Assembly (NCBI RefSeq): GCF_009914755.1
Contig: NC_060938.1
Source: the human T2T-CHM13v2.0 reference genome, Homo sapiens
Length of the DNA stretch: 64,000 nucleotides
Reading direction: 5' to 3' (one strand)
Shown: piece after piece, positions 1 through 17,200 of the stretch
Layout of the letters: every line of letters begins with the position of its first letter
Numbering within the stretch: the stretch's first letter is position 1
Notes under the pieces: generated by a model
Told to the model about the DNA's origin: nothing
Databases searched by the model: none
Seen by the model: only the letters and a program-made list of their open reading frames with translations
Translations under genes and position numbers: made by a program

Positions 1-3000
1 CATGGTCATGGGATGTGTTTCCTTTTGTTTGTGTTGTCTACGATTTCTTTCAGCAGTGTTTTGTAGTTTTCCTTGTAGAGGTCTTTCACTTCCTTGGTTA
101 GGTATATTCCTAAGATTTTACGCTTTTTGCAGCTATTGTAAAAGGGGTTGAGCTCTTGATTTGATTCTCAGCTTGGTCGCATTGGTGTATAGCAGAGCTA
201 CTGATTTGTGTGCATTAATTTTGTATCCTGAAACTTTGTTGAATTCCTTTACCAGTTCTAGGAGCTTCTTGGATGAGTCGTTAGGGTTTTCTTGACATGC
301 AATTATATAATCAGCAAACCGTGACAGTTTGAATTCCTCTTTACCAGTATGGATGTCCTTTCTTTCTTTCTCTTGTCTGATTGCTCCGGCTAGGATTTCA
401 AGTACCATGTTTAATAGAAGTGGTGTAAGTGGGCATCCTTGTCATGTTCCAGTTCTCAGGGGGAATGTTTTCAACTTTTCTCCATGCAGTATGATGTTGG
501 CTGTGGGTTTGTCATAGACGGATTTTATTACCTCAAAGTATTTCCCTTCTATGCCAATTTCACTGAGGGTTTTATTCATAAAGGGATGCTGCACTTTGTT
601 AAATGTTTTTCTGCATCCATTGAGATGATCATGGGATTTTTGTTTTTAATTATGTTTATGTAGTGTACCACATTTATTGGCTTGCATATGTTAAGCCATC
701 CTTGCATCCCTGGTGTGAAACACACTTCATCATGGTGGATTATCTTTTTGATATGCTGTTGGATTCAGTCAGCTAGTAATTTATTGAAGATTTTTGCATC
801 TGTGTTCATCAGGGATAGTGGATTGTAGTTTTCTTCTTTCGTTATGTTCTTCCCTGGTTTTGGTATTAGGGTGATGCTGACTTCGTAAAATGATTTAGGG
901 AGGATTCCCTCTTTCTATATCCTGTGGAATAGTGTCTATAGGATTGATAGCAATTCTTCTTTGAATGACTGATAGAATTCAGCATTGATTTTTGTCTGGT
1001 CCTGAACTTTTTTTTGGTTGGCAAATTTTTTAATTACCATCTCAACCTTGCTGCTCCTTATTTGTCTGTTCAGAGTTTCTGTATCTTCTTGTTTCAATCT
1101 AGGAGGGTTGTATATTTCCAGTAATTTATCTATTTCCTCTAAGTTTTCTAGTTTATGTGTGTAAAGGTGTTCATAGTAGCCTTCAATAATCTTTTGTATT
1201 GCTCTGGTATCAGTAGTAATATCTCCCTTTTCATTTCTAATTTATTTAACTCCTCTGTTCTTTTTTTGGTTAATCTTGTTAATGGTCTACCAATTTTATT
1301 TATCTTTTCAAACAACCAGCTTTTTGTTTCATTTATCTTTTGTGTTTGTTTGTTTGTTTGTTTCAATTTCATTTAGTTCTCCTCTGATCTTTGTTATTTC
1401 TTTTCTTCTGCTGGGTTTGGATTTGGATTGTTCTTACTTCTCCACTTCCATGAGGTGTGACCATAGATTGTCTGTTTGTGATCTTTCAGACTTTTTGATG
1501 TAGGCATTTAATGCTGTGAACTTTCCTCTTGGCACTGCTTTTTCTGTGTCCCCGAGGTTTGATAGGTTGTATAACTATTCTTGTTCAGTTCAAATAATCT
1601 TTAATTTCCATCTTAATCTTATTGTTTACCCAATGATCATTCAGGAGCAGGTTATTTAATTTCCATGTATTTGCATGGTTTTGAGGGTACCTTTTAAAGT
1701 TGATTTCCAATATTATTTCACTGTGATCAGAGAGAGCACTTGATATAATTTTGATTTGCTTATATTTGCTGAGATATGTTTTGTGGCCTATCATATGGTC
1801 TATCTTGGAGAATGTTCCATGTGCTGATGAATAGAATGTATATTCTGCAGTTGTTGGGTAGGATGTTATGTAATTATTTGTTAAGTACATTTGTCCTAGG
1901 GTATAGTTTAAATCAATTGTATCTTTGTTGACTTTATGTCTTGATGACCAATCTAGTGCTGTTAGTGGAGTATTGAAGTCCCCCACTATTATTGTGTTGC
2001 TGTCTGTCTCCTTTCTTAGGCCTAGTAATAATTGTTTTGGAAATTTGGGAGCTCCAGTGTTAGGCGCATATATATTTAGGATTGTAATATTTTCCTGTTA
2101 GACTAGACCTTTTATCATTATATAATGTTCCCCTTTGTCTTTGTTAACTGCTGTTGCTTTAAAGTTTGTTTTGTCTGATACAAGAATAGCTACTCCTGCT
2201 TGCTTTTGGTGTCCATTTGCATGGAATATCTTTTTTACCCCCTTACCTTAAGTTTATGTGAGTCCTTATGTGTTAGGTAAGTCTTCTGAAGACAGAAGAA
2301 ACTTTGTTGGCAAATTCTTATCCATTCTGCCATTCTGTATTTTTTAAGGGGAGCATTTAGGCCATTTACATTCAACATTAGTATTGAGATGTGAAGTACT
2401 ATTCTATTCATCATGTTATTTGTTGCCTGAATACCTTGTTGTTGTTTCTTCATTGTGTTATTGTTATATAGGTCCTGTGAGATTTATCCTTTAAGAAGGT
2501 TCTATTTTGGTGTATTTTTAGGATTTGTTTCAAGATTTACAATTCCTTTTAGCAGTTCTTGTAGTGCTGGCTTGATAGGGGCAAATCTCTCAGCATTTGT
2601 TTGTCTGGAAAACACTGTATCTTTCCTTCATTTATGAAGCTTAGTTTTGCTAGATACAAAATTCGTGGCAGATAATTGTTTTGTTTAAGGAGGCTAAAAA
2701 TATTACCCTAATTCCTTCTAGCTTGTAGGGTTTCTGCTGAGAAATCTGCTGTTACTCTGACAGGTTTTCCTTTACAGGTTTCCTGATGCTTTTTCCTGAC
2801 AGCTCTTAACTTTAGATAACCTTCATCTTGACTTTAGATAACCTGATGACTATGTGACTAAGCAATGATCTTTTTGTGATGAATTTCCCAGGTGTTCTTT
2901 GAGCTTCTTGTATTTGCGTGTCTATATCTCTAGCATGGCCAGGGAAGTTTTCCTCAATTATTCCCTCAAATATGTTTTCCAAACTTTTAGATTTCTCTTC

Positions 3001-4640
3001 TTTCTTAGGAACATCAATTATTCTTAGATTTGGACACTTAACCTAGTTGCAAACTTCTTAGAGGCTTTGTTCATTTTTAAAATTATTTTATCTTCGTCTT
3101 TGATGGATTGGGTTAATTCAAAAACCTTGTCTTCAAGCTCTGAAGTTCTTACTTCTCCTTGTTCGATACCATTGCTGAGACTTTCCAGTGCATTTTGCAT
3201 TTATCTAAGTGTGTCCTTGATTTCCAGAAGTGTGATTGTTTTTTATTTATGCCATCTATTTCACCAAAGATTTTTCCTTTCATATCCTGTATCATGTTTT
3301 TTATTTCCTTAAGTTGTACTTCACCTTTCTCTGGTGCCTCCTTGATTAGCTTAGTAATTGATCTTCTGAATTCTTTTTCTGACAATTCACAGATTTTGTC
3401 TTGGTTTGGACCCATTTTTGTTGAGCTGGTGTGATCTTTTGGGGGCATTAAAGAAACTTCTTTTGTCATAGTACCAGGATTCTTTTTCTTGTTTCTTTTC
3501 ATTTGGGTAGACTATGTCAGAGGGAAGATCTGGGACTCAAGGGCTGCTGTTCAGATTATTTTGCACAACAGGATGCTCCCTTGATGTAGTGCTCTCCGCC
3601 TTCCTCTAGGGATGGGGCTTCATGAGAGGTGAACTGCAGTGATTGTTTTTACTCTTCTGGGTCTAGCCACCCAGTGGAGCTACCAGCCTCCGGGCTGGTA
3701 CTGGGGAGTGTCTGCAAACAGTCCTGTGATGTGAACCATCTTCAGGTCTCGCAGCCATGGATAGCACCACGTGCTCTGGTGGAGGTAGCAGGGGAGTGAA
3801 GTGGACTCCATGAGGTCCTTGGTTGTATTTTTGTTTAGTGCACTGGTTTTGTGTTGGTTGGCCTCTAGCCAGGAAGTGGTGCTTTCAAGAGCACATCACC
3901 TTCAGTACTATAGGGAGGATGCAAACTTGCCCTAGGGTCACCTGGTTAGGTATCCAGGTTTCTCAGGTGGTGGGCAGGGCCATAGAGCTCCCAAGAAATT
4001 ATGTCCTTCATCTTTGGCAACCAAAACTGGTAGAGAAAGACCACAAGATTGGGGCAGGGATAGGCATGTCTGAGCTCAGACTCTGCTGGTGTGGGGCTTG
4101 CTGTGGCTGTGGTGGGGGGTGGGGGTGTTGTTCCCAGGCCAATGGAGTTATGTTCCCTGGGGGATTATGGCTGCTCTGCTGAGTCATACAGATCCCCAGG
4201 GAAGCGGGAGAAACCTGGTAGTCACAGACCTCACCCCACTCCCATGGAACCTGCAGTCCTATAGGCTGTATGGAAATCAATCTATACATCTACAATGAAC
4301 TCATTTTTGACAAAGTCACTCATTTCTACCATGCCCCGAAACGAGGGAGCACCAAGTCTATTTCCAGGCATCCAGTGACCTGGGAAAAGAACTTGCCCCA
4401 GACCACCAGCCTCCCCACTGAGAAAGCAAGCAGACTCACAGTTTTTCGGCATCTCAGGGAGCCTGCTATAGCGATCCAGTTTCTTCAAAGGGTCTGTAGA
4501 TTCTCTCAGCTTTCCTTGTAGGTTCCTTTAGTAGTTCTTGAAGCAAAAGATCACAATGTGAGTCTCCACATGCTGGCTGCTCTTTCTGTCCAAGCAGGAT
4601 CTGCAAGCTAGTCCTGCCTCCTATCCACCATCTTAAACCT
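1..4640 (-). mobile_element. LINE-1 (L1PB-like): 5' UTR, decayed ORF1 and ORF2 endonuclease/RT part; runs off the window start
   Basis: Minus-strand ORF remnants 1585..1986 (GDFNTPL...SKIDHMIGHK...SDH, APE endonuclease), 133..408 (RT region, [13 protein letters not shown]...FADYI) and 3149..3502 (ORF1 N-terminus). GC-richer 5' UTR ends at ...cctatccaccatcttaa near 4637. Confidence 0.95.
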
Positions 4641-4644
4641 ATCT

Positions 4645-7146
<2,502 letters not shown>

Positions 7147-7768
7147 AGTTGTTTGTGGAAATCCAGAGAGTGTTTTGTCCCCTCCCCTTTTTCCTTCTTA
7201 AATTGTTGATTAATAACTTGATCCCATTCATAGATTTGCCACCTTCTAAGAAACAAAAAAAAGGGAAAATAAGCATCCTTTCAAATATGTATGGTGTGGT
7301 TCTTAAGATGTATGAGTCTTAAACCAGAAGGACGTTAACAGATGATCTCATGAGATAGTACTTACCAGAAATAGGCTGCTGACCAGCTGGCCACCATCTG
7401 AGTTCTATTCCTTGGTTGAGTGCCTTCTCTAAGAGATGTCCTGTTGTCTTGCTAAATCATCAAAAACACCTGGGCTACATAAGCTTTATTCTGGCCGAAA
7501 TACTTCCCTTAGCTTTCGATTTATTTTGAGGTCCTTGGCCATAAGGAGAATTTTTCTGCAAGTTGTAAAAAAGTAAAACTGTTGTTGACAACCCTTTCAA
7601 TGTCCTTCATTTAAGAATGCATGTTTTAAATTTCTCTTACGATTTAGGGAGAGAAAATCATTTAATACAAATGAGTTTACAATGAAACCAAAGTGTTTCT
7701 CTTGGTTTTCAGAAAGATGAGAAACAAAAATCAGTAAGCATTTTCTTCTGCTTAAAATAATTATTTGC

Positions 7769-8043
7769 GGCCAGACGCGGTGGCTCACGCCTGTAATCCC
7801 AGCATTTTGGGAGGGCGGATCAAGAGGTCAGGAGATCAAGACATCCCGGCTAACACAGTGAAACCCCGTCTCTACTAAAAATACAAAAAATTAGCTGGGC
7901 GTGGTGGCGGGCGCCTGTAGTCCCACCTACTTTGGAGGCTGAGGCAGGAGAATGGCGTAAACCCAGGGGGCGGAGCTTGTAGTGAGCTGGATCACGCCAC
8001 TGCACTCCAGCCTGGCGACAGAGTGAGACTCCGTCTCAAAAAT
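7769..8043 (+). mobile_element. AluY-like with a short left-arm deletion; tail decayed to (TA)n/(TTA)n
   Basis: AluY diagnostics gagatcaagac, aatggcgtaaaccc and gagcttg. TSD ttatttgc on both sides. Confidence 0.95.
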
Positions 8044-8394
8044 ATATATATATATTATTATTATTGTTATTTGCCTGTTCTCCTGAATGATTTCCAATTT
8101 TCCTTTTATTTCTATTTAACTGTCTTTTATGTATTTTACATATAAGGTACATGTTTCTATGGCATACATATATTTTTTATAAGTCTTTACAAATCCTTCT
8201 ACAAATGATAAATAAATACATATCTAGATACCATATGTAGAAGATAGTTCACCGTAAAAACTCCAGAGGTGATAGAAGCAACGACTATTCATCCAGGTCT
8301 CTTGAGCTAATCCAGCTCTTAAGCTAGTGTCAGGTAAACTTGTGAAGGAGGCGAAGATGTTCTGAATCCTAGCCTCTCCCAGGCCCCTTGATTA

Positions 8395-8495
8395 TCTATT
8401 ACTGTATATCAAATCACACCCAAACAGTGGTTTAAAAACAATAGCCTATCACTCATTTCATTCATGAATCTGGAGGTTCACTGGGATCAGCTAGC
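8395..8495 (-). mobile_element. MLT1-type MaLR LTR fragment
   Basis: tctattactgta...aaatcacacccaaacagtggtttaaaaacaa resembles the MLT1 antisense terminus. Confidence 0.5.
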
Positions 8496-8574
8496 CAATA
8501 GTTCTCAAATATGAAAAACAACTTTTTCCCTGGAGGACATTTGGAAATGTCTAGAGACATTAGCTGGTGTTAAT

Positions 8575-9960
8575 GAAGTAGCACCATCAGATAGGTAAAA
8601 GCCAGCTAAAACACAAGATTTAAATAACATGCAGTCTTAAAGCAAAATATCCCAAATGTCCAAGTTTCAATCAAAAATCTCATATACCAAGAACTATTAG
8701 GAAGATCTCAAATCAAATGAGAAAAGACAACTGACAGAGGACAACACCCAGATGACACAGATGTTAGAATTATACAATAAGGATTATAAATCATCCATCA
8801 CAAAAATGTTTCAACATGCAATTATGAAAATGAGAAAAATATAGAAAGTCTCAGCAAAGACTTAAGAAGATATCAAGAAGAACAAAATACATATTTTAGA
8901 ACTACAATAAAATACAAAAATCAAAATTAAAAAACTAAATGTATGACCACAACAGAAGAATGACTGGAACAGAGGAAAGAATCAGTAAACTTAAAGATAC
9001 CTAATTTGAACAACAGAGAGAAAATAGATTGAAGAAATGAGCAGAGCCTCGGAGACGTGGGACTATAACAAGTTTCAGGAGAGCAAAAGAAGGTGGGGAC
9101 TGAAAAAATATTTCAAGAAATAATGGCTGAAAAAGTCTCAAATTTGGCAAAAAAAACAAACCAACTACAGGTTCAAGAAGCAAAGTGAATCCCACACAGG
9201 AAAAATTCAGAGAAATCCACAGCAAGACACATCAGAGTCAAACTTCTGAAAACTAAAAACGAAGAAAAAATCTTGAAAATAGCCAGAGAATAACAATACA
9301 TTATCAACAAGGGAAAAAACAACTGGAAGGACAGTGGATTTCTCACTGAAAAGCATGGAGGCCAGAAGAAAGTGGCACATTTTTCAAATGCTGGAAGAAA
9401 AGAATTGTCAACACAGAATTTCACATCTAGCAACAATATCCTTCAAAAATGAAGGAGGAATCAAGATACGCTCAGTTAAAAGGAAACTAAGTTAATTTGC
9501 CTTGCCCCCAGCACACATACATTAAAGAATGGCCAAAGGAAGTTCTCTAAACACAAATTATAAAAGAAAGAGTCCTGGGGACGTCTGGAAGTAAGGAAGA
9601 ATATTATAATAGTAAAAATATGGTAAATAAAATTTCCTTCTCCTCTTGAGGTTTCCAAATTATGTTTGATGACTAAAGCAAAAATTTTAACACTGTCCAA
9701 TGTAGTTCTCAATGCATGTAGATAAAATATTTATATTATTAATGAGAGAGGGTAAAGGAATATAAATGAAGGCAAGGTTTCTAAACTTTACTTGAACTGG
9801 TAAAATATCGATGCCAGTAGACTTTGATAAGTTATGTATGTAATACCTAAAGCAACTACTTAAAAAGCTGCTCAAAGATACATACTGAAAAACACTAGAA
9901 ATAGAAATGGGATTCTAAAAATGTTCAACAAACCTATATAGAGCCAGAAAGAAAAAAAAA
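8575..9960 (+). mobile_element. Ancient L1M (L1MC/L1M4-type) 5' region and ORF1 remnant
   Basis: A-rich L1 ORF1-like sequence (gagaaatccacagcaagacacatcagagtcaaacttctgaaaac; gaattgtcaacacagaatt). Confidence 0.8.
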
Positions 9961-10514
9961 ACTGAATTTATTGCTCACTATGGTAAGGGAGAGGTAAACC
10001 GGTTAGACACAGTTTCTCTGAGCAAAACAAAGCATTGATTTCATATTGGGTTTTTGGGAAACATGGAGTTCAAGGCTCGGCAGACTTTAAGAGGTGTGAG
10101 GGGTTAATATCATTTGTAGAAGCACGATTACTGGGGTGAGACCCTTGTTGATTGGTGTGCTGTCCCTGGCGTGTTTACAGGAATGAGTCCATCACTGATT
10201 GGCGAACTTTTAGAGGCAAAAGACTGACACTGATTGGTTGGCTATATGCATGTTCAGTGAGATGAGTTGTCTTGTCTGTGGAACAGGTTTAAAACTGGCC
10301 CTGGTAGCTACTTCTTACCACGGCTAAAGAAAAATCCATCTTTTCCTAACTTTGTAACAAATTTTAAATTGTCGCTGGTATTGCTATTTGAAAGTATGTA
10401 TTTTAAACTTTATTTCTATTATTTCAGTTTTTTGTCCCTCACATCTGGTAGAGTGGGGAATGTTTGTGAAAAAAGATTAAAGCATATCCTTTCTTCTTGC
10501 CTACTCATAACCAA

Positions 10515-11561
<1,047 letters not shown>

Positions 11562-11789
11562 TCATTGCGAAGAGTTTAAACCACTGAGTCTCTAGACAAC
11601 AAGATTATCATGGTTTTTGCTGTGTGCAGACTTTCCTGTCAGATTATCTCTCTCACACTCAGCTACCCTATGAGAAAAACCTTTAGAAGCAATATTTATT
11701 AGCAGTCATGTAATATATGAGTCATAAGCGGGTGAGACCATTGACCTCGTTCATCTTCGACCACATGGTAAGGTTTTTTGAATAAAATC

Positions 11790-12008
11790 AGTCCTCCCTG
11801 CTCTAGAATGTTCTGTATTTTTCTCTATCATATCACCCTGTGACACTTCATTGCATGGATATTGTTCTGTGACTGCCTCCCCCAGTAGACTGAGTTCCTG
11901 GAGGGCAGCGACCATGTCTGACTCATTGGTGTATATCTAGAGCTTATCATCATGCTATTAGGTGCTCAATAAACATTTCTTGATTGCAGGAATAAAGGCA
12001 TGAATGGG
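11790..12008 (+). mobile_element. L2 3' end
   Basis: agactgagttcctggagggcag...taggtgctcaataaacattt matches the L2 terminus. Confidence 0.75.
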
Positions 12009-12501
12009 CAATGGGTCAATAATTGGGTGAATACTCAGCTATTATTTGTGAAATAAACAACAGATGTAGAAACTCTTAGAAAATCTAGGGTAGGAAGATA
12101 TTTAGGAGGGCTCATCACCCAATAACCAGTATTGCAGAGATTGTAGCCCACAAGTGATTAGGTTCAGGAGCTGACCATTTATAGTTTTTCTCTCTAAAAG
12201 GAACCACCGAAGCCCTTGTCTCCTATGGGGCATGGAGCGGGCAGGGGAGTAGTGCTTAGCTGCCACAATCAGATAGCCTCACATTTGTACAGAATTTTCT
12301 AACTTTCACAATGCGTTTTACTTTGCAGTCCTTCATTTGATAGCCTGTGCAATTGGAAGGACATTCCCAATTCTTCTGATAGAGCCACTTCGGCACCTTG
12401 CTCACACTCATGCAACTAGCACAAGGAGATCAAGTCTCAAAGTGGCTTTCAACAAGTCCTTCTGGAGGTTCACTGTGTACCACACATGGTGCTAAGTCCA
12501 G

Positions 12502-13010
12502 TGTGTTTGGTTTTTGTTGTTGCTGCTACAACAATTACTATAAACTTAGTGGCCTAAAACAGCACAGATTTATTCTCTTACATTTCTGGAGATGGGAAGT
12601 CTGAAATCACTTTCACAGGGCTAAAGTGAAGAAATCATCAGGGTTCCATTTTATCTGGAGGCTCTGAGGGGGAGAATTCATTTCCTTATCTTTTACAGGT
12701 CATAGTGGCTGCCTGTGTTCCTCGACTTATGACCCCTTCCTTCATCTTCAAAACTCCTCACTCCAATATCTGCTGCTGTCATCACATTGCCCATTGCCTT
12801 TTCCTCTGACTCTGACTCCTCTGTGTCCCTCCTATTTGGATTCTTGTGGTTACACGGGGCCCACCAGGATAATCCTGGATAACATCCGCATCTCAAGATC
12901 CTTCACTTAGTCACATCTGCAGAATCCCCTTACCGGGCAAAGTAACATATTCAGAGGTTCTGGGGATTCTAAAATGAACATATTTAGGGGCCATTATTCA
13001 GCCTACCACA
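12502..13010 (-). mobile_element. MLT1D-like solo LTR
   Basis: aaacttagtggcctaaaacagcacagatttatt...gggccattattcagcctaccaca. Confidence 0.85.
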
Positions 13011-15813
13011 TCCAGTAAGCAAGTAAGTCTGCGCATCCTGAAGCCCGTACATGGGCTCCTCTATGACCCCTAACCAGATACCAAGGGCTTGGGTCTTCAT
13101 CTCAGCAGTTGACTTATTTCTTCTTTATGTGCCACACGCAGGTTTGCCAAAATCAAAAGTAGTGATCCCAATTGGTGGTCTCTTAAACACAAGGGGATGC
13201 ACCATTAGGGTAAAATACCAAAGGTACCAGAAGAAGACACAGCTCTGACTGCAAGTATTATCAGAGCCTTTCCCACCCTCCCCAAGGAACCCCATCCTGT
13301 TGCAGTTGCTAGAATGGTGAGGCCAGTGTGTCACCCAAGGAGAGATATTGGGGCTGCTGAGTCAAGTGGATGTCAGCCAGCTGTGTCATGTGGGACAGCT
13401 CTGTACTTTCTGCAGACATTAGGGCCAGTGCTCAGACTGCCCTCTATTTATATCCCTTAGTAATTCTGAGCATGGGATACAATTGCTCCTCTAAGAACTC
13501 TTGAGCAAATAAAGAGGTGGTAACATCAATGACCAACTGGGTAGACCTCAAGTGTCAGCAAAACTTTGTAACTGGCTGCTACCCATGCCATATTGGTGTG
13601 TCCCAGGAAGGCTGAGGGAAGACAGCAAAGATATAACTTTCTAGGATCTAATTCCTACTGAAAACTCAGAGTAAGGATTGCAAAGTTAGGCTAACAAGAG
13701 TCCAGTAACTTAGGTCCTAGTAATCTTGAGCAAGTCACTTAACTTCTGTGGTCCATAGTGCCTCCATCTGATAGTCAGTCCTTTTCATCTCAAAAACCCA
13801 CCATTGTACTGCCTCTAAGTTTCAAGATGGGAAAGCCGGTCCAGTCTCCAAGGCTGGTGCCATGGCCAAAAGGTCACCCCAAGTCTGAGCAAGGTGGAGT
13901 TCCTTTCCTGCAGGCTTTTGTTTCGTCTCCTACCCTTAGCCTCTTTTAACAGAATGTTCAACGGTTGTGGCATGAATTGAGTAAAAGCTCCCAGTAATTC
14001 AGGATCTGTCCACTTTGGAGAACATCGACTCCAAAGTCCTTGACCGTGAGAGATGCTACTTTAGAATTGATTGAGTACATCAGTGACTGCCTGGCTTCCA
14101 CAGGAAAATGTCTCTGTATTCAGGATGTTTCCTTCAGATTCTTTCTCATGAACTTTGTGTGTTTTCCTGAATGTACTACACAACAGTATTACTGGAAGTG
14201 TAATGATAGAGGATTTGGACAGTCTTTGATGATGTATTCCAATAAATGATGATGATACATAATAATAAGGTTCATGTTTGATGACATTGGCTGAAAATAT
14301 AATTATGATGAGGAATTAATAATGCTGACAGAAATTATTCCCTCTAATAACTCTCTAGAAGTTATTAAAAATGTTATTTTTGGAAAGCATGATGAGTTTA
14401 AAGTCTTGCCTTCTGTACTTCCTTCAAACACATAAAATGTATTCCAAATTTAGTTTTCATTCCTGATAAGAGGTTGGTTTGTTGGGAAAAGAAGTGCAAT
14501 GTCACAAAATCTTGGAGCAAAAGAATTCTCAGGAAAAGTTAAATTCAATATTTAATTTTGCAAATGAGAAGACATGTTTATAATGGACATTATGTGAGTT
14601 GCTCAAAGTCACACTATAGCTGTCAGGACTAAACATGACTCTCTCTATACACAATATGTCTCCATATCTATGTCTACCTATATCCAGGGCTTTGTATCTA
14701 CCCTGATACCCACTATCTAGTAGATATCTATATTCATTGCACCAGTATTTTCCAGATTTCAGTACTTCGTAATTCTCAATCTGTACCATATGTACTCACC
14801 ATCTTCCTATTATTTGTTTCCTTCAAGTCAACTCAGATTTTCCCTCGTTTATTTAAAAACAACATTTGTAACACCAGTGTAAATAAAAAACCAGTTTACT
14901 TACCATAAAAGACTGGCTAAATAATCAATTTTTGTCTATGTACTAGAAGAAGTTTATTTTCCAAACCTTGTGAAAATCTGTCTCCTCCCAGGGTGCCTTG
15001 CCTATGAAATAAATAGAACATTGAAATTCTTAAAAGACTAGGAATCACTGGCCTAAGATAAAAGTAATCAACAAATAAACTTGTAGGCTTGAAACAGTTC
15101 TAATGTACTGAAATATCACAGAAAATTGCTATTTGTTTTATTACAATGTCTTGCCTTACCAGTTCACACAATTTTCACTTGGCTTATAGGGATGATATTG
15201 AAACACTTCATTGTGTGCAACAGGGAAAAGTAGGTCTTAGGGAGAGGTAGGTATTTCACAAAAGAAAGCTGAAGCTAGTAAAACATCTCCAGTTGGAACA
15301 ATTATGCTATCTGTGTGATATTAGACTCATTTTAATGTCTCAGAGACTTAGATTTTTCTCATTTTAAAAATGTGAACAATTGGTACATTTCAGAGTTATT
15401 GTAAGGATTAATGAGAAAATATAAATAAACACACAAAATAATTAGCACACATAAAACATAAACACAAATAAAATAATTAGCCTGGTATAAAGAACAAAAT
15501 GGAATTTCAATACATATATTTATACGGCAAGTTGGGTTGCTTTCCCTGTTCTCCCTTTTCTGGAGTCTGATGCCTTTTATGGTTTTTGTAATGTAATTCA
15601 AAAATGAGAAGCAGAGAAATATTGTTTTAACATCATAAGGTATAGTCATTTTTATTTCATTTTTCAGACAAAGAAATTGAGATGTAGAATTAGTTTAAGT
15701 AATGTGTCTATCCAGGTAGTAAGTTCTGAAGCCAAAATACTCTCCATCTTCAGAGCTTAAGCTCCTAACAATCTATACTATCTATTGCATAGTATCCGAT
15801 CTATACTACGAGT

Positions 15814-16065
15814 CATGGCAGATTAAGGTGACCACAAATTCTTTTGACACTCCTCCCACTGAAAGATGGATTTTATGTCTCCTTCTCTTAAATCCAGGTT
15901 GGTTCTCTGATTATCTAATGGAATATAAAGGAAATGATGTTGTACCAGTTTGCTGGCCTAGGTCTTAAGAGACTAGTAACTTCAGTGTTCTATTTCTGTA
16001 ATTACTTATTCTTAGAGCTCTGAGGATGCATGTAAGAAATCAGACTATCCTGCTAGAGAGACTAT
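15814..16065 (+). mobile_element. MLT1H-like LTR 5' part
   Basis: ggcagattaaggtgaccacaaattcttttgacactcctcccactga... Confidence 0.7.
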
Positions 16066-16215
16066 GTGCTCTCCAGTTCAGGGCACAGGCTTACCAAAAG
16101 ACTGAGACCTAGCCATAGGACTATGGAATGCTTCCCACTCCCCAACACCTTGCCAATGCATTACTAAAGGCCTGTTTACCACAATTCCTCTTACCCAGTA
16201 CACATCATGTTCACC

Positions 16216-16660
16216 TGCTATGGTTTTCATGTTTGTCCTCTCCAAACCTCATGTTAAAATTTGATCCCCAATGTAGCAGTGTTGGGAGGCGGAGCCTGGT
16301 GGGAGGTGTTTGAGTCATAAGGAAGGATCCTTCATGAATAGATGAATGACCTCCCTTGGGACTGAGTGTGTTCTCCTTCTAATAGTTCCCAAAACAGCTG
16401 GTTATTAAAGACGCTGGCACCTTTTACCACTCCTTCACTCCAACTTCCTCTTTTACCATGCAATGTCTTAGCATACACTAGCTCCATTTTTCACTTCCAT
16501 TTTTCACTGTTAGTTGAAGTGGCCTAAGGCCCTCACCAGATGTAGTTGCCCAATTTTGAACTTCCCAGCCACCAGAATCATGAGCCAAATAAACCTCTTT
16601 TCAAAATAAACTACCCTGTCTCAGGTGTTCTGTTACAACAATGAAAAATGAACAAAGACA
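16216..16660 (+). mobile_element. MST (MSTB-like) solo LTR
   Basis: tgctatggttt...aaagaca with TG...CA ends. 5-bp TSD tcacc / ccacc. Confidence 0.9.
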
Positions 16661-16980
16661 CCACCTTTCATTGAAAAATTACAAGGCTAAAGAAAACATA
16701 GTTTGAAGAGTCTAAACAAGCATCAGAACTAGAGTCAGATGTACAGAAATACTGGCATTATCAGACTAGGAAATTAAAATAACTATGATTAATATGCTAA
16801 GGGCTTTAATGCAAAAGTAGACAACATGAAAAAACGGATGATGTAAGTAAAAAGATAAAAATTCCGAGAAGGAAAGAAACAAAATGCTGGAGATGAAATA
16901 CAATGTAACAGAAGTAAAAAATGTCTTTGATGGGTTCATTAGAAACCTGAACATGACTGAGGAAAGAATCTCTGCTCTTA

Positions 16981-17200
16981 AACATTGGGTGTACATGGAC
17001 ATAAAGACAGGAAAAATAGATACTGGGAACTACCAGAGAGGGGAGACAGGGAGGGAGGCAAGGGCTGAAAAACTACCTATTGCATACTATGCTCACTACC
17101 TGGAGTACATTCATACTCTAGTCCTCAGCATCATACAATATATCTTTGTAACAAACCTGCTCAAGTACCCCCAATTCCAAAATAAAAGTTAAAAAAAAAT
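16981..17200 (+). mobile_element. 5'-truncated L1PB4/L1PA16-like 3' UTR fragment inside the L1MC ORF1
   Basis: catggacataaagac...aaaactacctattg...aataaaagttaaaaaaaaa. Degenerate TSD aaagaatctctg / aaaggatctccg. Confidence 0.85.

Noticed and set aside
14012-14037. 9-bp stem hairpin actttggag...ctccaaagt
   Set aside because: This is expected by chance in 64 kb and has no supporting context.
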